Assembly (NCBI GenBank): GCA_965203295.1
Contig: CBDBCZ010000019.1
Location: 1,728,001-1,792,000, forward strand
Direction: 5' to 3'
DNA length: 64,000 nt
Origin: Nitrospirales bacterium
GTDB taxonomy: Bacteria; Nitrospirota; Nitrospiria; Nitrospirales; UBA8639
Part shown: piece after piece, positions 45,377 to 55,432 of the stretch
How the letters are laid out: each line of letters starts with the position of its first letter
Position numbering within the stretch: position 1 is the first letter of the stretch
Notes under the pieces: generated by a model
Told to the model about the DNA's origin: nothing
The model's input: the letters and a program-made list of their open reading frames with translations, nothing else
Database searches by the model: none
Translations under genes and position numbers: made by a program

Positions 45377-46144
45377 CTAATCAGAACCCTTCAAGCACAA
45401 TCTTGCCGCGCGCAGAGCCGCTTTCGATCCGGATGCCCAAAGTGCTTTCACAGGATCAAGTTGTATTTTTCTATGTTCCGCGTAATTCTTTGCTTGAACC
45501 AAGATTAGCATGCCACCAATATCTGATCTTTGAATGAGGCGCAGATCAACTCCGCCATCTGCTTGCCTAGGCCCCAATTCTGTTTCAAAACCTTGGTTCT
45601 TAAAGACCTCTGCCAATAATTCTTCGAATTTTCTCCAGTGTAATAAGTGTAATAATTTCGGATTATTGGCTAAGTGTGCAATTAACTCCAAATTGATTAT
45701 GTTGAACGCCGGTACTATTAACGACGACTTTTGGTCTACGGCAGTATCGGTGTAGATAGATAAATCTATTTCGTAATCATTGCTTATCTTCTGCTGAATG
45801 AAGTCTCGAATTGCCTCAAGACATTCTTCATTTTCCCAATCTTGTTGTCTTGAATCATCGTCTAGGGAATGTTCATCCAAGTAACTATCTTTACCACGAT
45901 TCCAAGCAATATATTTACCAGAAGTATTTATCAGTAAGTAGTCGAGGTATGAGGAGTGCCTTAAATCTTGAAATGGCTCGGGGTAACTATTTTTCATGAA
46001 ATCATTACCTCGAACTATACCAACCTCGAAAATACTTGGATCATCGATCTCCCTAGAGGCTAGCCAAGAAAAAAAGTGAGTATAGTCGGCCCCATCGACG
46101 ACCCAACCAATTCTTGATGTAGTTACCTTTATTTTCTGACTCAC
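45377..46144 (-). pseudogene. Mrr-like restriction endonuclease cassette, C-terminally truncated
   Basis: WRKFEELLAEVFKNQGF..ADGGVDL..LVQAKNY (Mrr_cat D..QxK). Domain stops at VKALWA. Likely start is GTG 46144, since the ORF-track start lies inside the attC. Confidence 0.75.
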
Positions 46145-46167
46145 AAATAAACTCTTCCTTGTGACAC

Positions 46168-46255
46168 ACCTAACGTTTGCGCTTAACCCGCGCCGACGGA
46201 ACGCCAAGAATAACGCCCAGCGAAAAACGGCGTCGGGTTCAGCGCGTAGTTAGGC
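46168..46255 (-). mobile_element. Integron attC recombination site (88 bp)
   Basis: Minus strand: GCCTAAC tacgc GCTGAACCCGACGCCG ... CGGCGCGGGTTAAGC gcaaac GTTAGGT, i.e. RYYYAAC ... GTTRRRY with paired L boxes, just after a stop codon. Confidence 0.88.
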
Positions 46256-46270
46256 CACTACGCGCGTACG

Positions 46271-46777
46271 CTATTTTGCCAGTACCGCATTTCGAAGTGC
46301 ATTTACGAGTATGCGTCCATTCTCGAGGAGCTTCTGATACTCCGTATCCATTGCTTCCTTTCTTCGCATCTCAATTGACTCAGCGGCCGCATTTGCTTCA
46401 TTTACTCGTTTTTGGTCATCCCCCATGGTTATTCGCCGCCGAATATCAGTTGCCTCGCGCTGCATATCAGCAAGCTTCTTCTGAGCATCCCTTGTCATTT
46501 CAAAGAACTTCTCAATTTTTCGAACCAGGTCTTCGTCATTTGCTATTAGAATGGCTTGCGCTGACAGCGACAGAGCCTCTGCCGACTTAGTGGCGCCGCT
46601 CCAAAGTCCTATACTTAACACTTCCCCCGCGAGCTTTGAAAATACGACGAGCCTCTGTTCGCGTAACCACTTCTCGCGCTCATTACTTCGAGCAATCCGG
46701 GTCAGCCATAGGACGTCCAGTAGCTTAACGGCTATAGCGCCTACACCAACTGCACCTAGCACGTTTAGCCAGTTCAT
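46271..46777 (-). CDS. Hypothetical membrane-anchored coiled-coil protein (first gene cassette)
   Basis: 168-aa ORF bounded upstream by GTTAGGC and downstream by the complementary GCCTAAC of the attC. Confidence 0.8.
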   Translation of the reverse strand: MNWLNVLGAVGVGAIAVKLLDVLWLTRIARSNEREKWLREQRLVVFSKLAGEVLSIGLWSGATKSAEALSLSAQAILIANDEDLVRKIEKFFEMTRDAQKKLADMQREATDIRRRITMGDDQKRVNEANAAAESIEMRRKEAMDTEYQKLLENGRILVNALRNAVLAK

Positions 46778-46797
46778 GCGTTACCTAATTCTCTGAG

Positions 46798-46830
46798 GCC
46801 TAACTATTGATTATGCTGGTCAGCATAGCC
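46798..46830 (-). mobile_element. Putative attI site
   Basis: ..TATGCTGACCAGCATAATCAATAGTTAGGC: a GTTRRRY core without a preceding attC hairpin, at the head of the array. Confidence 0.5.
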
Positions 46831-46859
46831 CGCTGATGCCAACCAGAAACGATGAGGAG

Positions 46860-46888
46860 ATTCTCTTCCCATTTCACAGAGCTGTCAA
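46860..46888 (-). promoter_or_regulatory. Putative cassette promoter (Pc-like) TTGACA-N17-GAGAAT
   Basis: Seen on the minus strand ~55 bp upstream of the putative attI core, pointing into the array. Confidence 0.5.
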
Positions 46889-47306
46889 CGATATCCACAG
46901 CACCGGGTCGGTGTGCTATGCCGATCGGCATAGTTCCATTATAGCTGCAAGGGATTGAGTCCCTGGGTCAGCGCATCGGCTGGGCTACGGACGCCTCTCC
47001 CAAACCGATTCAGAATATGCGTATAGATCATCGTCGTACTCAGTTCGTCTGCCCTAACAGCTCCTAAACCGTTCGGGTATCGCACCTGTCTTCAAGTAGA
47101 TGCGTGGCAAAGGAATAGCGCGACGTATGACAGACGGGCGGTTTGACAATCCCTGTTCTGAGGCACACCTCCTTCATCGCCTTTCGCACCACATGGATGG
47201 GAAAATTTAGGCCCAATCGCTCCGTATTTTATCCTTAAGAATGTCGAGTGGACTTGACAGCAACCCGCTTTGCTTTTTCTCAATTCGGGGATTATTGTGC
47301 TGCCTT

Positions 47307-48667
47307 ATGAAGGATGCTTACTTTACATTTCATCATTTTCGGTATGTGATCAGGCTGGGACTCGTGTTTGTCCTTTTCTGGGCAACTGTTTCCTCTCTCG
47401 CTTTTTCCCAGAATCCTCCATCGACGAAAAGCAAAGCTGCTTCATTAGATGTAAAAACTGTTCTGCGCTTTGTCACCTGGAAAGCCGATCAACCCAAAGT
47501 ATGGGATGAGGCCATTGCACGATTTGAGCAAGCGCATCCTCACATTCGGATCGAGCGAGAAATCGCACCACATTCCTCCACGGCCTACCATGATCTCCTC
47601 ACGCAAAAACTCAAGAATCGTGATTCATCCATGGACCTGTTTTTCATGGATGTGATTTGGCCGGCTGAGTTTGCTGCCGCAGGATGGGCTCGTGCGATCG
47701 ATGAAGAATTTCCTGTATCCGAGCGAAAATTATTTCTCCCTGCCACAATTCAAGCTGGGACGTACCAGGGACATAATTATGGGGTTCCTTCGCGAATTGA
47801 CAGCGGTATGTTGTATTACCGAGCAGACCTACTCAGGAAATATGGCTTTACCCCCCCGGGAACCTGGGAGGAGTTGGTGAATCAAGCCCACACGATAATC
47901 AAAGGAGAGAAGGCTGAGAACCCCGCATTGCGTGGCTACAGCGGGCAGTTTAAACAATATGAGGGGTTAGTCTGCGATATGCTGGAATTTGTTGGCAGTC
48001 ATAACGCTAGAATGATTTCTCAAGACGGCAAGCATTCTGCCCTGGCTGTTCCGAATTCTGTCAAGGCCGTGACTTTCGTGCGTGAGCATATCATTGAGCA
48101 ACTCGCGACTCGCGCCGCTCTCACGTATCAAGAGCCAGAGTCTCTTGCCATTTTTGTCCAGGGCAAGGCAGTGTTCCATCGGAATTGGCCGTATGCGTGG
48201 AGCATGGCCAATAACCCCCGGCATTCAAAGATTGTTGGTAAAGTCGGCGCGACCACTCTCCCCCATTTTGAACAGGGGAAAAGCGTGGCTGCTCTTGGCG
48301 GGTAGTTGTATGGAATCAATGCCTTTTCTCGCCATCCTCAGGAAGCTTGGATGTTCATTCAATTCATGACCAGTGCCACGATGCAAAAATATTTTGCGAT
48401 TCACACGTCTCTTGCTCCTTCGCGCATTGCCCTGTATTCCGATCCTGAAATTCTTGAGGTCAATCCCCAGTATCGAGAACTGTTTCCGGTATTTCAGACT
48501 GCTACCCCGCGGCCACAGACGCCTGTGTATCCCATCGTCTCTCACATTCTCAACGATACTTTAGTCGGGTTCTTTCGTCCCCTGAGCCGAACATTCTTCA
48601 GGAAGCCCAACTGGCTGATCAGCAAATCAACCGTTTTCTTAAGCTGGTTCCCACAGGCCCTACATGA
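47307..48667 (+). pseudogene. Sugar (trehalose/maltose-type) ABC transporter substrate-binding protein, disrupted
   Basis: DLFFMDVIWPAEFA, MLYYRADLL, QYEGLVC, FHRNWPYAW. LGG* (TAG 48303-48305, likely TGG) plus a frameshift near 48550. The restored frame ends in an ATGA overlap. Confidence 0.88.
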
Positions 48668-49559
48668 CTCGATCGACATCCGAACAAACCACTGGCTGGG
48701 CCATGACCTTTCCAGCCCTGATCCTTGTGGGGGTCTTTGCCCTCTATCCAGCCTTTGACTAGTTTTTTCTGAGTCTTCACAGGATTTACCTGGGGCTGCC
48801 TTCACTCGGTCAGCCCTTTGTGGGTTTGGAAAACTATCAGTTTCTTGTGCAAGACCCCGTGGCCCGCCAAGCTTTCAAAGTCACCTTTGGATTTGTCGCG
48901 TTGTCTACTGTGTTGGAACTCCTTCTGGGTCTGGGAATCGCACTCGTTATCCATGAACACTTCAAGGGACGTGGTTGGGTCCGAGCTGCTGTTCTAATTC
49001 CTTGGGCCATTCCCACCGTCGTGGCTTCACAAATGTGGCGATTCATTTTTAATGATCAATATGGCCTGGCAAACTTGATTCTATTCGGTGAGCAAGTCTC
49101 TTCCTATGTCCCTTGGCTGGCATACCAAAACTTTGCATTTCTGGCTATTGTTCTGGCTGATGTGTGGAAAACTGCCTCGTTTGCGGGCCTTCTGATTTTG
49201 GCAGGACTTCAAGTAATACCTGAAGATCTTTATGATGCCGCTCGCATTGACGGCACTTCCACTTGGCAGCGCTTTTGGCACATTACCTTTCCGCTTCTGA
49301 AGCCCGCTCTGCTCACAGCTTTACTTTTCCGTACGATTGATGCATTCCGCGTGTTCGATTTAGTGTTTGTTATGACCCAAGGCGGCCATGGCGATGCCAC
49401 CCAAGTCATTCAATTCTATGGGTATAAACCCTGTTCACCGAGGGACGACTGGGGTATGGAACCACCATTTCTGTGGCTGTATTTGTGACTATTCTTATTC
49501 TGTCATTGTTCTATATTCGAACCATTGGGTCCAAATTATTGGAATGGGACATGAGATGA
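48664..49559 (+). pseudogene. Sugar ABC permease (MalF-like), disrupted
   Basis: FVGLENY, LIPWAIP, LYDAARIDG, FRVFD. In-frame TAG at 48760-48762 and a frameshift near 49427. Confidence 0.88.
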
Positions 49560-50388
49560 CGCGATCTTCCAGGGGTCAACTTTTACTCATTATTGGAATT
49601 ATTATCGCCGTTGGCGGAAGCCTTTTTCCTTTCCTCTGGTTCGTCATCACCTCCCTAAAATCTCAAGTAATGGTTGAAGCTATTCCGCCTAGTTGGCTTC
49701 CTGATGGAGATATCGGTTTTTACCGTTCAGCCCTCGTCGACTATGGGCTCTTTCGCTATATCGGGAACAGCCTGGTTGTGGCAGGGTCGACAACCCTGAT
49801 TTCCCTGATTTTAGCTATCCCTGCTGCCTATGCCCTTGCCCGGGTCAGGATGAACGGGAAGGTCTGGATTCTTGGTGGGTTACTGAGTATTTCGATGTTT
49901 CCACAGATTGTGATTGCCAGACCAGTTTGGAAAATCTTGGAACAGCTCGGTGGATTAAACACCCATTGGGGCTTAGCACTTCCCTACATCACCTTACCTT
50001 GACTCTTCCCTTGGCCATTTGGATTCTCGCCACATTTTTCAAGGAACTACCCCAAGAACTTGAAGAAGCGGCGCGAGTAGATGGATGCACCACCTGGCAA
50101 ACTCTCTCTAAGGTCATGATTCCTTTAGCAGCCCCAGGGATCTTTACCGCAGCCATTTTGACGTTTATCTACGCCTGGAACGAATTTTTCTTTGCCTTGC
50201 TCATTCTCACTGATCCAGCCAAACAGACCCTGCCGGTAGGAATTGCGCTCTTTCAAGGCGAGTTCACGATGCCTTGGGGGGAAATCGCGGTCGCTTCTGT
50301 TTTGGCTATGCTCCCTCTTGTGATTCTGGTTTTGGTGTTTCAGCGTGGGATTATCAGCGGACTATCAGCTGGAGCGGTAAAAAGCTAG
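49556..50388 (+). pseudogene. Sugar ABC permease (MalG-like), frameshifted
   Basis: NSLVVA, AAYALAR, ELEEAARVDG, AWNEF, GLSAGAVK. 5-bp duplication ACCTT at 49991-50000. Confidence 0.88.
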
Positions 50389-50411
50389 CAGGAAATCAAG
50401 AAGAAACTATT

Positions 50412-51286
50412 GTGGCAGACCTTGAACTTCAACACATTTCTAAATCATTCGGCCATACTCGGGTTTTGAACAACGTCTCCCTTGAGGCGGACACCGGAGA
50501 ATTTGTCGTCCTCCTTGGCCCATCCGGATGTGGGAAATCTACGCTCTTGAGAATCATTGCAGGACTCGAACCGCAAACTGAAGGTTCTGTTCTCATAGGC
50601 AGCACAACAGTCGATGGTCTTTCACCTCGTGATCGAGATATTGCGATGATCTTTCAGCATTACGCGCTCTATCCCCATTTGACGGTACGAGAAAATCTGG
50701 CTTTCGGTCTGAAACTTCGAAAAGAACCTGTTAATCTGATTAATTCACGCATACAGGAGGCTGCTGATCTTTTAGAAATCCAACCTTAGGCTGCTGATCT
50801 TTTAGAAATCCAACCTTTTTTGGATCGCTGTCCAAAGGAACTATCCGGCGGTCAGCGGCAGCGTGTGGCCATGGGTCGGGCCCTCGTTCGAAAGCCCAAG
50901 CTCTTTTTATTCGATGAGCCGCTATCGAATCTGGATGCTCGTTTGCGCACTTCCACTCGTGTGGAATTGAAAAAGCTGCACCAACGATTAGGGATCACCA
51001 TGATCTACGTAACCTACGATCAAGTCGAGGCGATGACCCTGGGTGACAAAATCGTGATACTGGATCAGGGCGAGGTTCAGCAGGTGGGGATTCCAGAGCA
51101 GATTTACCAGAAGCCACAGAATCCATTTGTCGCCGGGTTCAGATGTATGTTCACGTTCAGTCTCGGCGGCTCTTGGCAATAGTTCCCCCACATGCTTCTT
51201 TTAATCTGGGAGATACGGTTTCCCTTGCATTTCCTCCTGAACACCTTCATCTTTTTATTGACAACCAGCGAGTGGAATTCTCTTAA
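50412..51286 (+). pseudogene. Sugar ABC ATP-binding protein (MalK-like), disrupted
   Basis: [27 protein letters not shown] 30-bp tandem duplication (50758-50817) creates a TAG; the H-loop reads YVTYDQ; an internal deletion after PFVAGF leaves an out-of-frame TOBE tail (GDTVSLAFPPEHLHLF). Confidence 0.88.
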
Positions 51287-51464
51287 TCTAAATCAGATAA
51301 GGGTGTAAAAACTTGAATTTCAGTTGACGGACGCTGTTAGAGGAAGTTGAGCCCTCTCGCGATACGGTCATTCCTGCAGTCGTAGACGGGTATCCAAGAT
51401 GATAAAACAAGATGGATCCACGCCAAAGGTTTAAAAATAAATCTATCCCACTTTTTTTCTTGTG

Positions 51465-51690
51465 TATGCCGCTTTGCGCGTGGCTGAGTCAGAGCGCCGA
51501 ATCCAACAAGTCGGTGAGGACTGTCTGAGCGGAGCGAGTTCCGCAGCCATGTGATTCGGTGCTCTGACGAAGGAGACCCGCAGGGCCGCGCGCTGGCGGG
51601 AATGGTTTTGGGTCCTTTTGCCGAAACAAAAGGACCTCGACTGCCGGGGCGAAACCCGGCGAAGCGGAACCTTAAACTTGAAACTCGGAA
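51465..51690 (-). repeat. Structured intergenic repeat, copy B (inverted), with adjoining heptamer tract
   Basis: Reverse complement of the copy A/C core. A REP-like GTCATTCC..ATCCA lies at 51368-51398. Confidence 0.9.
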
Positions 51691-51755
51691 CTCCCTTCCC
51701 AGACACTGTCTGAAAGATCAAAACCAAATTCTTACAGAAAAGTAACCCTCAAAAG

Positions 51756-52454
51756 ATGAACAGAACGCTTGCCCTTGGCTATTGGATAGCGCTCACCTTG
51801 TGTTTCACACTCAGTGCATACGGCTCCGAAGACTACGATTCTATGTTCGACAACGAGCCATCCTCAGGGGTGCAACTCCTCAGTGAACGGCCCCAGGAAG
51901 AGCTCAATTCTTTAGTCAATACAGGGACTTGGCCTCTCATTCGTCATGATGTTCTTGAATCCTTTCTCGCTGACCTAGAAGTATCACCACCCAATTGGGC
52001 AACCTTGCATGATCGTGAGGGGGAAGAACATGGAGCGCAGTTATTCGCGTTCAATCGGATGCGCGATAAAAAACGCCAAAATCACCCTTATTTGAAACAA
52101 CGAATTGCGTTTCTCTGGTCAGGGATACTGACCAAATATGATCTGAAACGGGGTGGGTTTACGATTGCCATTGGCCCTGAATTCACTCACACCTCTTGGG
52201 GCATCGTTCGGTTCAAACCTATGGGACTGCCAGATGAGATGGTTGTTGTTCCTTCACCTTATCTTCGAAGGTCTTTTCGGAAGGAAATACAGAAAGGAGA
52301 GAAAATTGAAGTTGCCGTGCTTTTCATTGGTCAACTCGTGCCCGATGAATCCATCATGTACGCATTCTCTCACGAAGATCCTGATGTGGGAATGATCATG
52401 CCAGTTGTGAAAATTGAAAAGGTGCAATATTTTTTGAAACCTTCACCTAGATAA
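51756..52454 (+). CDS. Hypothetical exported protein
   Basis: 232-aa ORF with signal peptide. Confidence 0.7.
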   Translation: MNRTLALGYWIALTLCFTLSAYGSEDYDSMFDNEPSSGVQLLSERPQEELNSLVNTGTWPLIRHDVLESFLADLEVSPPNWATLHDREGEEHGAQLFAFNRMRDKKRQNHPYLKQRIAFLWSGILTKYDLKRGGFTIAIGPEFTHTSWGIVRFKPMGLPDEMVVVPSPYLRRSFRKEIQKGEKIEVAVLFIGQLVPDESIMYAFSHEDPDVGMIMPVVKIEKVQYFLKPSPR

Positions 52455-52477
52455 GAAATCAAAACCATTTCCGTCTT

Positions 52478-53377
52478 TTATTGTGACGGCATTTCACTTG
52501 GGCTTATAGGATTGATTTTGTGTGGAACAATCGTTTCAAAGATCGAAGAGTAGTCTACATCCCTCAACCCTTTGTCCAAAGTTTGTTCAAGTAAGGTTTG
52601 TACTCCTTCCAATCCTGTCGTCAATAAGCCTGCTGATATGGCCTCTTGGATAACTAAATTCACATCCTTCAACAGGTGCGTGGTTGGAAAATTGGGGTTG
52701 TCATACTGACGGTCACGTAATCTAGGAAGCTTTCTCTCAAACATGGGTGCCGTCAGAGCACTCTTTTTTAGAATCTTCATAAAATCGTCTACATTCACTC
52801 TTGAGCGTTGGATGAGTCCAAGACTCAAGGAAAACGCTGTGATATGGGACGCAATGAGCTGGTTCAACGCCAGCTTAACGGTAGCCGCCTGACCCACAGG
52901 CCCAATCAGTATCGGATCAGGTCCAAATGCTGAAAGGAGTTTTTTCCACCTTTGAAACTGTGACTCCGATGCTCCTATCATCACCAGCAATCTGCCGGCC
53001 CTGGCCTCTGTAATACTCCCCAGTACAGGAGCTTCAAAGTACTCTCCTCCTTCTTCTGCTACTTTCTCAGCCAAAATGCGACTTTCAGATGGTGCAATAG
53101 TGCCCATTTGAACAATGGTTCGATCTTGCAATAAAGATCTATCTCTTGAGGAAGATAGCATCTCTCGTATCGCGGCATAGTCTGTTACCATAAGGATTGT
53201 GATGGACGAGGCTTGAATCGCATCGGAGGCGTTTCTCATCATTTTGGCTCCCAGCTTTTTCAGAGGGTCGAGCTTAGCTTTCGTTCGGTTAAAGGCAATG
53301 ACCTCATACCCCATCTCAAGAAGGCGTTCAATCATAGGAGTTCCCATTAGTCCTGTTCCAATCAGCGATACTTGCAT
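52478..53377 (-). CDS. NAD(P)-dependent beta-hydroxyacid dehydrogenase (3-hydroxyisobutyrate dehydrogenase family)
   Basis: IGTGLMG, FNRT, EAPVLGS, VKLALN, HLLKD, DYS. Confidence 0.92.
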   Translation of the reverse strand: MQVSLIGTGLMGTPMIERLLEMGYEVIAFNRTKAKLDPLKKLGAKMMRNASDAIQASSITILMVTDYAAIREMLSSSRDRSLLQDRTIVQMGTIAPSESRILAEKVAEEGGEYFEAPVLGSITEARAGRLLVMIGASESQFQRWKKLLSAFGPDPILIGPVGQAATVKLALNQLIASHITAFSLSLGLIQRSRVNVDDFMKILKKSALTAPMFERKLPRLRDRQYDNPNFPTTHLLKDVNLVIQEAISAGLLTTGLEGVQTLLEQTLDKGLRDVDYSSIFETIVPHKINPISPSEMPSQ

Positions 53378-53449
53378 AGTGATCCTCTCTTATTTTCATT
53401 CATCGAATATTTCATATTTATACACGCGGAGACCTTGAGTCGTTGAGTC

Positions 53450-53862
53450 GTCATGCTCGCAGTTGTTAGCGGGAATCCAGGATCTTTGGTTAAATGGTTT
53501 TTATTTGAGCGTGGTTTCGGACCCGCACGAGGAGGTCTTTTTGTTTCGGCAAAAGGACCCCAAACCATTCCCCGCTCGCGCATGGCCCTGCGGGTCTCCT
53601 TCGTCGCAGCGCCGAATCACATGGCTGCGGAACTCGCTCCGCTCAGACAGTCCTCGCCGAGTTGGGGGATTCGGCGCTGCGACTCAGCCACGCGCAAGGC
53701 GGAACACACAGACTCAAAAAAGAGGACAAATTTTTTACACCGCATACAATTTTTCACCGTCATGCTCACAGGCGTGGTCCTCCAAGATTAAGAGAAAAGA
53801 CGGATCTCCGCCAAATAATCGAGGGGATGACGCGCAAAGCGAAACTTTAAACTCGAAACTAT
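53450..53862 (+). repeat. Structured intergenic repeat, copy C, with REP-like palindromes and heptamer tract
   Basis: GTCATGCTCGC-N8-GCGGGAATCCAGG start, a core colinear with copy A, and a second GTCATG...GGGATGAC palindrome. Confidence 0.9.
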
Positions 53863-54002
53863 TTTGGCATCGAGTTGACCCACAGCTGTAACGCAGGTAT
53901 CTTCTGATACTCGGTTTTGCTGAATCGTGGGATTCCGACACAGCATCGATATTCCCCCTTTGCTTACAAGCTATGACGTTAGCAAGAAAGTGAGGAAGAA
54001 AA

Positions 54003-54434
54003 ATGGATATTGCCATTGGGTCAAACCTTCTTCGTAACACCAATGGAATTTTTATGGCTCAGACCCACGACCTTGTGCAACTCGATCGGAAAAAAGAAGA
54101 TGGAACACTCTATTTAAGCATCGAGATTTTTACGCCCACAGGCACACAAGCCGGCAAACTGGAGCGCAACGAATGGGTCACCAACAACCAAGATCGCTTT
54201 GAGCTCAAAATTGAACCAACATCCGTTACACTCACCGATAAGATCCTCAAAGGTGTTGTGATTCAAGCTGATTCCAATGACGATGGCATCGTCACAATTC
54301 CACAAGCCAAATTTTATTTGCCTGATGGAAAGCTATCAGAAGTGACATCAGAGAGTTGGCAAATCGGGAACAAGATAGAACTTAAAGGAGCAGACGTTGA
54401 TCTACATGGAGGACCCATCGAAATAGAGTCATGA
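54003..54434 (+). CDS. Hypothetical beta-rich protein
   Basis: 143-aa ORF with a GAGG SD. Confidence 0.7.
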   Translation: MDIAIGSNLLRNTNGIFMAQTHDLVQLDRKKEDGTLYLSIEIFTPTGTQAGKLERNEWVTNNQDRFELKIEPTSVTLTDKILKGVVIQADSNDDGIVTIPQAKFYLPDGKLSEVTSESWQIGNKIELKGADVDLHGGPIEIES

Positions 54435-55420
54435 AACATTTACTTCGCAACAGGCCAAACCAGGGAGATGTCACTCAGATGGCAACCAGAAGTTTTTCTA
54501 TTTGTTTTCTTTCCTTACTATTTCTAGCATCCATGGCATTGCCCCAAACGCAAGCCGATGAGGGAAAGGGCTCTCCTACTCTCAAAGTCTCGCCGTCTAT
54601 TCCGGCACAGAAACAGAGCCAACCCACCAGTGCATCAAAACCTTCCAACCCTCCAGCACCCACAAAGGCGTCGCGTCCGTCCGAAATGGAAAAAGCACAA
54701 AAGGAACTGGAGCAACTTCGCACGAAGCCCGATGAGTTTCGTGTGCTGGTCTTGGGAGTTCAAATATTCTTGGGCCGATTTGGCTACGGCATAGGGCCTT
54801 ATACCGGCAAGTTCGATGAACAAACTCAAGAGGCCTTGCGCAGTTATCAAAAGCGGACCGGTCTTCCTGTCACAGGGGATATTGATTTCCTCACACTCAA
54901 GTACCTGACCGATGAGAATAAAATGTTAGATCAGTCCTTGCCCTATTTACCACAAGCAGGATTTTTAGCAGAAAAATGGGACGAAGAGGTACACGTGGGG
55001 GGAAGTTGGTCTCTAGACTCGGACAGGACCCTGGATGCGCTGCAAACATCGAGAATTTCTTGCTACCGCAAATGGAGCCATTGTATAGAATCCACTGCCC
55101 GTTTGTCTTCTGATCATACCCCGTATCTTTCTATTGCTACTCATATATATGAGATTGGCGGTTGGGACGAGGTCGATCTCGTCACAAAACCGTACAATGG
55201 CGAAGCCTGCACCAGCGTTATTATTCGAATCAACCGAGAGAAAAAGACCGTTTCACAGTTAAAATCGATTGCTCAAGGAGATGGTCCCTGCGCTTCTATG
55301 GATAATCAGGACTTGTTTTACCATTTAGTCGATGGCCCACAAATTTATTGGCAACTCAAACAACGTAAGGCTGAGGCTACCAAACAAATTTTGCGTGTTG
55401 AACTGCTAGAAAATGAGTAA
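54431..55420 (+). CDS. Exported peptidoglycan-binding (PG_binding_1) domain protein
   Basis: Signal peptide, Pro/Ser linker, VQIFLGRFGY..GKFDEQTQEALRSYQKRTGLPVTG. The start may be ATG 54479. Confidence 0.8.
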   Translation: MKHLLRNRPNQGDVTQMATRSFSICFLSLLFLASMALPQTQADEGKGSPTLKVSPSIPAQKQSQPTSASKPSNPPAPTKASRPSEMEKAQKELEQLRTKPDEFRVLVLGVQIFLGRFGYGIGPYTGKFDEQTQEALRSYQKRTGLPVTGDIDFLTLKYLTDENKMLDQSLPYLPQAGFLAEKWDEEVHVGGSWSLDSDRTLDALQTSRISCYRKWSHCIESTARLSSDHTPYLSIATHIYEIGGWDEVDLVTKPYNGEACTSVIIRINREKKTVSQLKSIAQGDGPCASMDNQDLFYHLVDGPQIYWQLKQRKAEATKQILRVELLENE

Positions 55421-55432
55421 GGCAAGCTGCGC

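Noticed and set aside
28505..51286. Pure long-read homopolymer error as the cause of gene fragmentation
   Set aside because: A few lesions are homopolymer indels, but nonsense substitutions, 5-30 bp duplications and deletions cluster in accessory operons while multi-kb core genes are clean. It cannot be fully excluded without reads.
32846..53891. Overlapping ORFs at 32846-33222, 51443-51745 and 53362-53891
   Set aside because: They are translations of the non-coding repeat in several frames and on both strands.
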